NCBI GenBank assembly: GCA_965214975.1
Contig: OZ244055.1
Span: 1,430,994-1,494,993 of the forward strand
Direction: 5' to 3'
Source of the DNA: Alphaproteobacteria bacterium
GTDB lineage: Bacteria > Pseudomonadota > Alphaproteobacteria > MPNO01 > UBA830
DNA: 64,000 bases
Below, piece after piece: positions 60,821 to 64,000 of this stretch (position 1 is the first letter of the stretch; the number at the start of each line of letters is the position of its first letter). The notes under the pieces are model-generated. The model worked only from the letters and a program-made list of their open reading frames with translations. It did not search any database and was not told the DNA's origin. A program made the translations under genes and the position numbers.

Positions 60821-62011
60821 ATGGCAGCGCCCGCCGTTCCCGCCCCGCCGAAGGGCAAGACCGTCATCCGCAACGTCGGGACGATGCTGTCCGGGGCGCT
60901 CGAGAACCCGGTTCTCGACGCCGACACGCTGGTCGCCGTCGACGGCCGGATCGCGGCCTTCGGCAAGGCCGGCGACGTCGATCAGGAGGGTGCCGACCTG
61001 ACCGTCGACGCGCACGGCGTCACGCTCTGCCCGGGACTGGTCGACAGCCACGTCCATCCGGTCTTCGGCGACTGGACGCCGCGCCAGAACCAGCTCGGCT
61101 GGATCGATTCCTCGATGCACGGCGGCGTCACCACGATGATCTCGGCCGGAGAGGTGCATCTTCCGGGACGGCCCAGGGATCCCAGGGGCGTGGTCGCCCT
61201 CGGGATCACGGCGCAGCGCGCGTTCTCGGCGTTCCCGCCGGGCGGCGTCAAGATCCATGCGGGGGCCCCGATCCTCGAGACCGGCATGGTCGAGGAGGAT
61301 TTCAGGGAACTGGCCGAGGCCGGCGTGAGGCTTCTCGGCGAGATCGGCCTCGGCGGGGTCAAGGCCGGCGCCGAGGCCCGCCAGATGGTGGACTGGGCCC
61401 GCAAGTACGGCATCCAGTCGACGATTCACACCGGCGGCCCCTCGATCCCCGGTTCCGGCCTGATCGACAAGGACGTGGTCCTGGAGGCGGGCGCGGACAT
61501 CATCGGCCACATCAACGGCGGGCACACGGCGCTTCCCCTCGACCAGATCCGCTGCCTGTGCGAGGAATGCCGGGCCGGCATCGAGATCGTGCACAACGGC
61601 AACGCGACGGCGGCGCTGTTCGCGCTGCGGGCCGCCTCCGGGCTCGGCCAGCTCGAGCGCGTCATTCTCGGCACCGACGGGCCCGCGGGCTCCGGCGCGC
61701 AGCCGCTGGGCATTCTCCGCACCGTCGCTCTGCTGTCGTCCCTCGGGGAAGTGCCGGCGGAAACCGCGTTCTGCTTCGCCACCGGAAACACCGCCCGGGT
61801 GCGCGATCTCGACTGCGGGCTCGTCGAGGAAGGCCGGGCCGCGGACTTCGTGTTCCTCGACCGCGCCCAGCACAGCGCGGGCTCGGACATGCTCGACAGC
61901 GTGCGAAAGGGCGACCTTCCCGGGGTCGGGATGGTCATGATCGACGGCAGGATCGCGAGCGGCCGCAGCCGCAACACGCCGCCCGCCGAACGGATTCCCG
62001 AAGCGCTCTGA
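60821..62011 (+). CDS. Amidohydrolase-superfamily protein, enamidase / HutI-like small subfamily, 396 aa
   Basis: SD GAGGGAGA before ATG 60821. DSHVHP metal motif, later H..H and DG ligands, ~390 aa size. Confidence 0.7.
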   Translation: MAAPAVPAPPKGKTVIRNVGTMLSGALENPVLDADTLVAVDGRIAAFGKAGDVDQEGADLTVDAHGVTLCPGLVDSHVHPVFGDWTPRQNQLGWIDSSMHGGVTTMISAGEVHLPGRPRDPRGVVALGITAQRAFSAFPPGGVKIHAGAPILETGMVEEDFRELAEAGVRLLGEIGLGGVKAGAEARQMVDWARKYGIQSTIHTGGPSIPGSGLIDKDVVLEAGADIIGHINGGHTALPLDQIRCLCEECRAGIEIVHNGNATAALFALRAASGLGQLERVILGTDGPAGSGAQPLGILRTVALLSSLGEVPAETAFCFATGNTARVRDLDCGLVEEGRAADFVFLDRAQHSAGSDMLDSVRKGDLPGVGMVMIDGRIASGRSRNTPPAERIPEAL

Positions 62012-62028
62012 GCGGCCGGAGCCGCGGC

Positions 62029-62613
62029 TCAGCGCAGCCCGTCCTCGCCCCTGGCCTCGGCGGACGTCAGGCCCCCGACCCGGGGGAACGGCCGTCCGGA
62101 ATCGGTCACCGAGACCGCGACGAGGATCTCTCCGGCGCGCGGCGCGTCGGGCAGGCGGACCTCCATCCCGTCGAAGTGGCTGCGCACGTAGGCGGCGTCC
62201 TTGTGCCCGAGCGGAACGTCGATCGCGGTGCCGGGTCCGCCGAGCTTCTTGACCGAAGGCACCAGGGCGGCCCCCTTCTCCACCTCGGCCCGGAGCGGCG
62301 CTCCCAGCCGGGGGTGGAGGATGGCGGCGGCGTGCTCCCACTCGCCGCCCTCGCCCACGATCGCCGCCTTGCCGTAGCTCTCGGCCTTGGCGGGCTCGAT
62401 GCCGAGAGCCTCGACGCACATGCGCCCGAGCAGGCCCCCGAGCTCGGCGCCGATGTCCATGAGCTCGCCGAGATCGTCCTCGTAGCGGCCCGCGAAGGGG
62501 TTGGCGACGACCGCGAGGGCGGCGGCCTTGCGGGTGGGCGGATCGACGGCCCGCCCCTGGTCCCGCCGGGTTTCCTCGACGATGACCGACGTCTTGCGGA
62601 TCTGCGCCTTCAT
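62029..62613 (-). CDS. Amino-acid-synthesis (PF06684-like) family protein, ~194 aa
   Basis: SD GGAGAGGG before ATG 62613. N-terminus MKAQIRKTSVIVEETRRDQG resembles the M.IRK...VEE opening of AA_synth proteins. Low-confidence family call from memory. Confidence 0.45.
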   Translation of the reverse strand: MKAQIRKTSVIVEETRRDQGRAVDPPTRKAAALAVVANPFAGRYEDDLGELMDIGAELGGLLGRMCVEALGIEPAKAESYGKAAIVGEGGEWEHAAAILHPRLGAPLRAEVEKGAALVPSVKKLGGPGTAIDVPLGHKDAAYVRSHFDGMEVRLPDAPRAGEILVAVSVTDSGRPFPRVGGLTSAEARGEDGLR

Positions 62614-62816
62614 GATGCCCTCTCCGGTTCCGGGGGAGCGTTCCGCCGCAATGGTCGGCCCCGCCGCCTCCGTTGTCAATCGCGACGCCGGCGCGCCCGC
62701 CGCGGATCCTTGGCACCCCCGGGACTCCGCGGTAGAATGGAGGGGATCGACGGGCCCCCGGCGGCCGTCCCCGAAATCCGGCTCTCCGTCCGCGCGTCCG
62801 GCGAAGGACTCCGTGA

Positions 62817-64000
62817 ATGCCCGACCACATCCCGCACGACATCCCGAAATTCGCCATCGGCCAGCCGGTGCCCCGCAGCGAGGATCCCAGGCTCCTGACC
62901 GGCCGCGGCGCCTTCGCCGGCGACCACGACGCCGAGGGCCAGGCCCACGCCTTCATCCTGCGCTCGCCGGTCGCGCACGGGAACATCGTTTCCATCGACC
63001 TCTCCGCGGCGCTCGCCGCGCCCGGCGTCCTCGGCGCCTATGTCGGCGAGGATCTGCGCCGCGACGGCATCAAGGACATCCCCTGCCCGGTCGCGGTGAA
63101 AAGCCGCGACGGCTCGGCCGCCGTCGTCCCTCCCCATCCCGCGCTCGCCTGCGGGCAGGTCAAGCATGTCGGCGACCCGGTCGCGATCGTCGTCGCGGAG
63201 ACCGCCGCCGAGGCCAGAGGCGCCGCCGAGCTGGCGGCGCTCGACATCGCGCCCCTGCCCGCCGTCGGCGCTCCCGTCGACGCGGTCCGCAAGGACGCCC
63301 CCAGGGTCTGGAAGGACGCGCCCGGCAACGTCTGCCTCGACTTCCATCTCGGCGACGACGACGCCGTCGACAGGGCGTTCGCGGCCGCGGCCCGCGTCAC
63401 GCGTCTCGAGCTCACCAACACCCGGCTCGTGGTCAACGCCATGGAACCCCGCGCCGTCGTCGCCGAACACGAGGACGGGCGCTTCGTCCTGCGGGTCGGA
63501 ACCCAGGGCGTGACCGGCTACCGCAACGCCATCGCCGGCATCCTCGGCGTCGAGCCCGCCAAGGTGCGGGTCGTTTCGCGGGAGGTCGGCGGCTCGTTCG
63601 GGATGAAGGGCAGCGCCTTCGCCGAGGCGATCGCGTGTCTCCACGCCGCGCGCAGGCTGGGCCGTCCGGTGAAATGGACCGCCGACCGCGCCGAGAGCTT
63701 CCTGTCCGACCACCACGGGCGCGCGAGCACCCTAGCGCTCGCGCTCGCGCTCGACGGCGACGGGCGTTTCCTCGCGCTCCGGGTCGACGGCGTCGGCGAC
63801 ATGGGTGCCTATCTGAGCGCCATGGGCCCCTGGCCGCCGACCATGGTCACGAGCCGGAACATGATCAGCGTCTACCGCACGCCCGCGATCTCCTACAGCG
63901 CGAGATGCGTGTTCACCAACACCGTTCCGACGGGGCCGTACCGCGGCGCGGGCCGGCCCGAAAGCAAGTTCTTCCTCGAGCGCCTGATCGACAAGGCCGC
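62817..64000 (+). CDS. Xanthine-dehydrogenase / CO-dehydrogenase-family molybdopterin-binding large subunit (3' end beyond window)
   Basis: N-terminal IGQPVPRSEDPRLLTGRGAFAGD ... GNIVSID ... VSREVGGSFGMKG (Mo-cofactor glycine motif). The frame stays open to the window end. Confidence 0.75.
   Translation, partial: MPDHIPHDIPKFAIGQPVPRSEDPRLLTGRGAFAGDHDAEGQAHAFILRSPVAHGNIVSIDLSAALAAPGVLGAYVGEDLRRDGIKDIPCPVAVKSRDGSAAVVPPHPALACGQVKHVGDPVAIVVAETAAEARGAAELAALDIAPLPAVGAPVDAVRKDAPRVWKDAPGNVCLDFHLGDDDAVDRAFAAAARVTRLELTNTRLVVNAMEPRAVVAEHEDGRFVLRVGTQGVTGYRNAIAGILGVEPAKVRVVSREVGGSFGMKGSAFAEAIACLHAARRLGRPVKWTADRAESFLSDHHGRASTLALALALDGDGRFLALRVDGVGDMGAYLSAMGPWPPTMVTSRNMISVYRTPAISYSARCVFTNTVPTGPYRGAGRPESKFFLERLIDKA

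Overview
A ~68-70% GC chromosomal segment that looks alphaproteobacterial (Rhizobiales-like recA→alaS arrangement). About 58 protein genes are supportable, plus one tRNA-Gly(CCC). The content is mostly catabolic and housekeeping. In window order: a Rieske ferredoxin / amidohydrolase_2 / AmtB block, then a minus-strand operon FAH-(archaeal RibK-like DUF120)-mandelate-racemase-family-FAH. A small low-GC islet sits at the 3' side of tRNA-Gly, carrying GmrS-like DUF262 and GmrD-like DUF1524 restriction genes, a DUF433/DUF5615 toxin-antitoxin-like pair and an HsdS-like fragment. Next come an arylsulfotransferase plus CoA-transferase pair with a TauE exporter and an acyl-CoA ligase, then alaS, recA and a SWIM-SNF2 helicase. 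A tightly packed liu-like operon encodes isovaleryl-CoA-dehydrogenase-like ACAD, biotin carboxylase/BCCP alpha and carboxyltransferase beta, with a LeuC/LeuD-like dehydratase pair embedded where an enoyl-CoA hydratase would be expected. A cyclic-amide (hydantoinase-type) utilisation cluster contains two dihydropyrimidinase-like genes, a hydantoin/Asp-Glu racemase, a carbamoylase, an ornithine cyclodeaminase, a TRZ/ATZ amidohydrolase and a standalone HEPN-like protein. The most striking element is a ~1.79 kb near-identical direct repeat. Each copy encodes an AAA-ATPase-like + PD-(D/E)xK (DUF1703-type) protein, the copies bracket a 5'-truncated ISAs1-family transposase, and they differ in a ~140-nt mosaic patch; a DUF3883 PD-(D/E)xK protein follows. 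The remainder holds an aromatic/heterocycle block (MBL hydrolase, CoA-transferase, VanA-like Rieske oxygenase, SDR, DMT exporter), TRAP dctQM without dctP, an isochorismatase, an enamidase-like amidohydrolase and a partial xanthine-dehydrogenase-family Mo subunit. The ORF track also contains many long GC-rich antisense ORFs, which are treated as artefacts. No CRISPR array or rRNA was seen.
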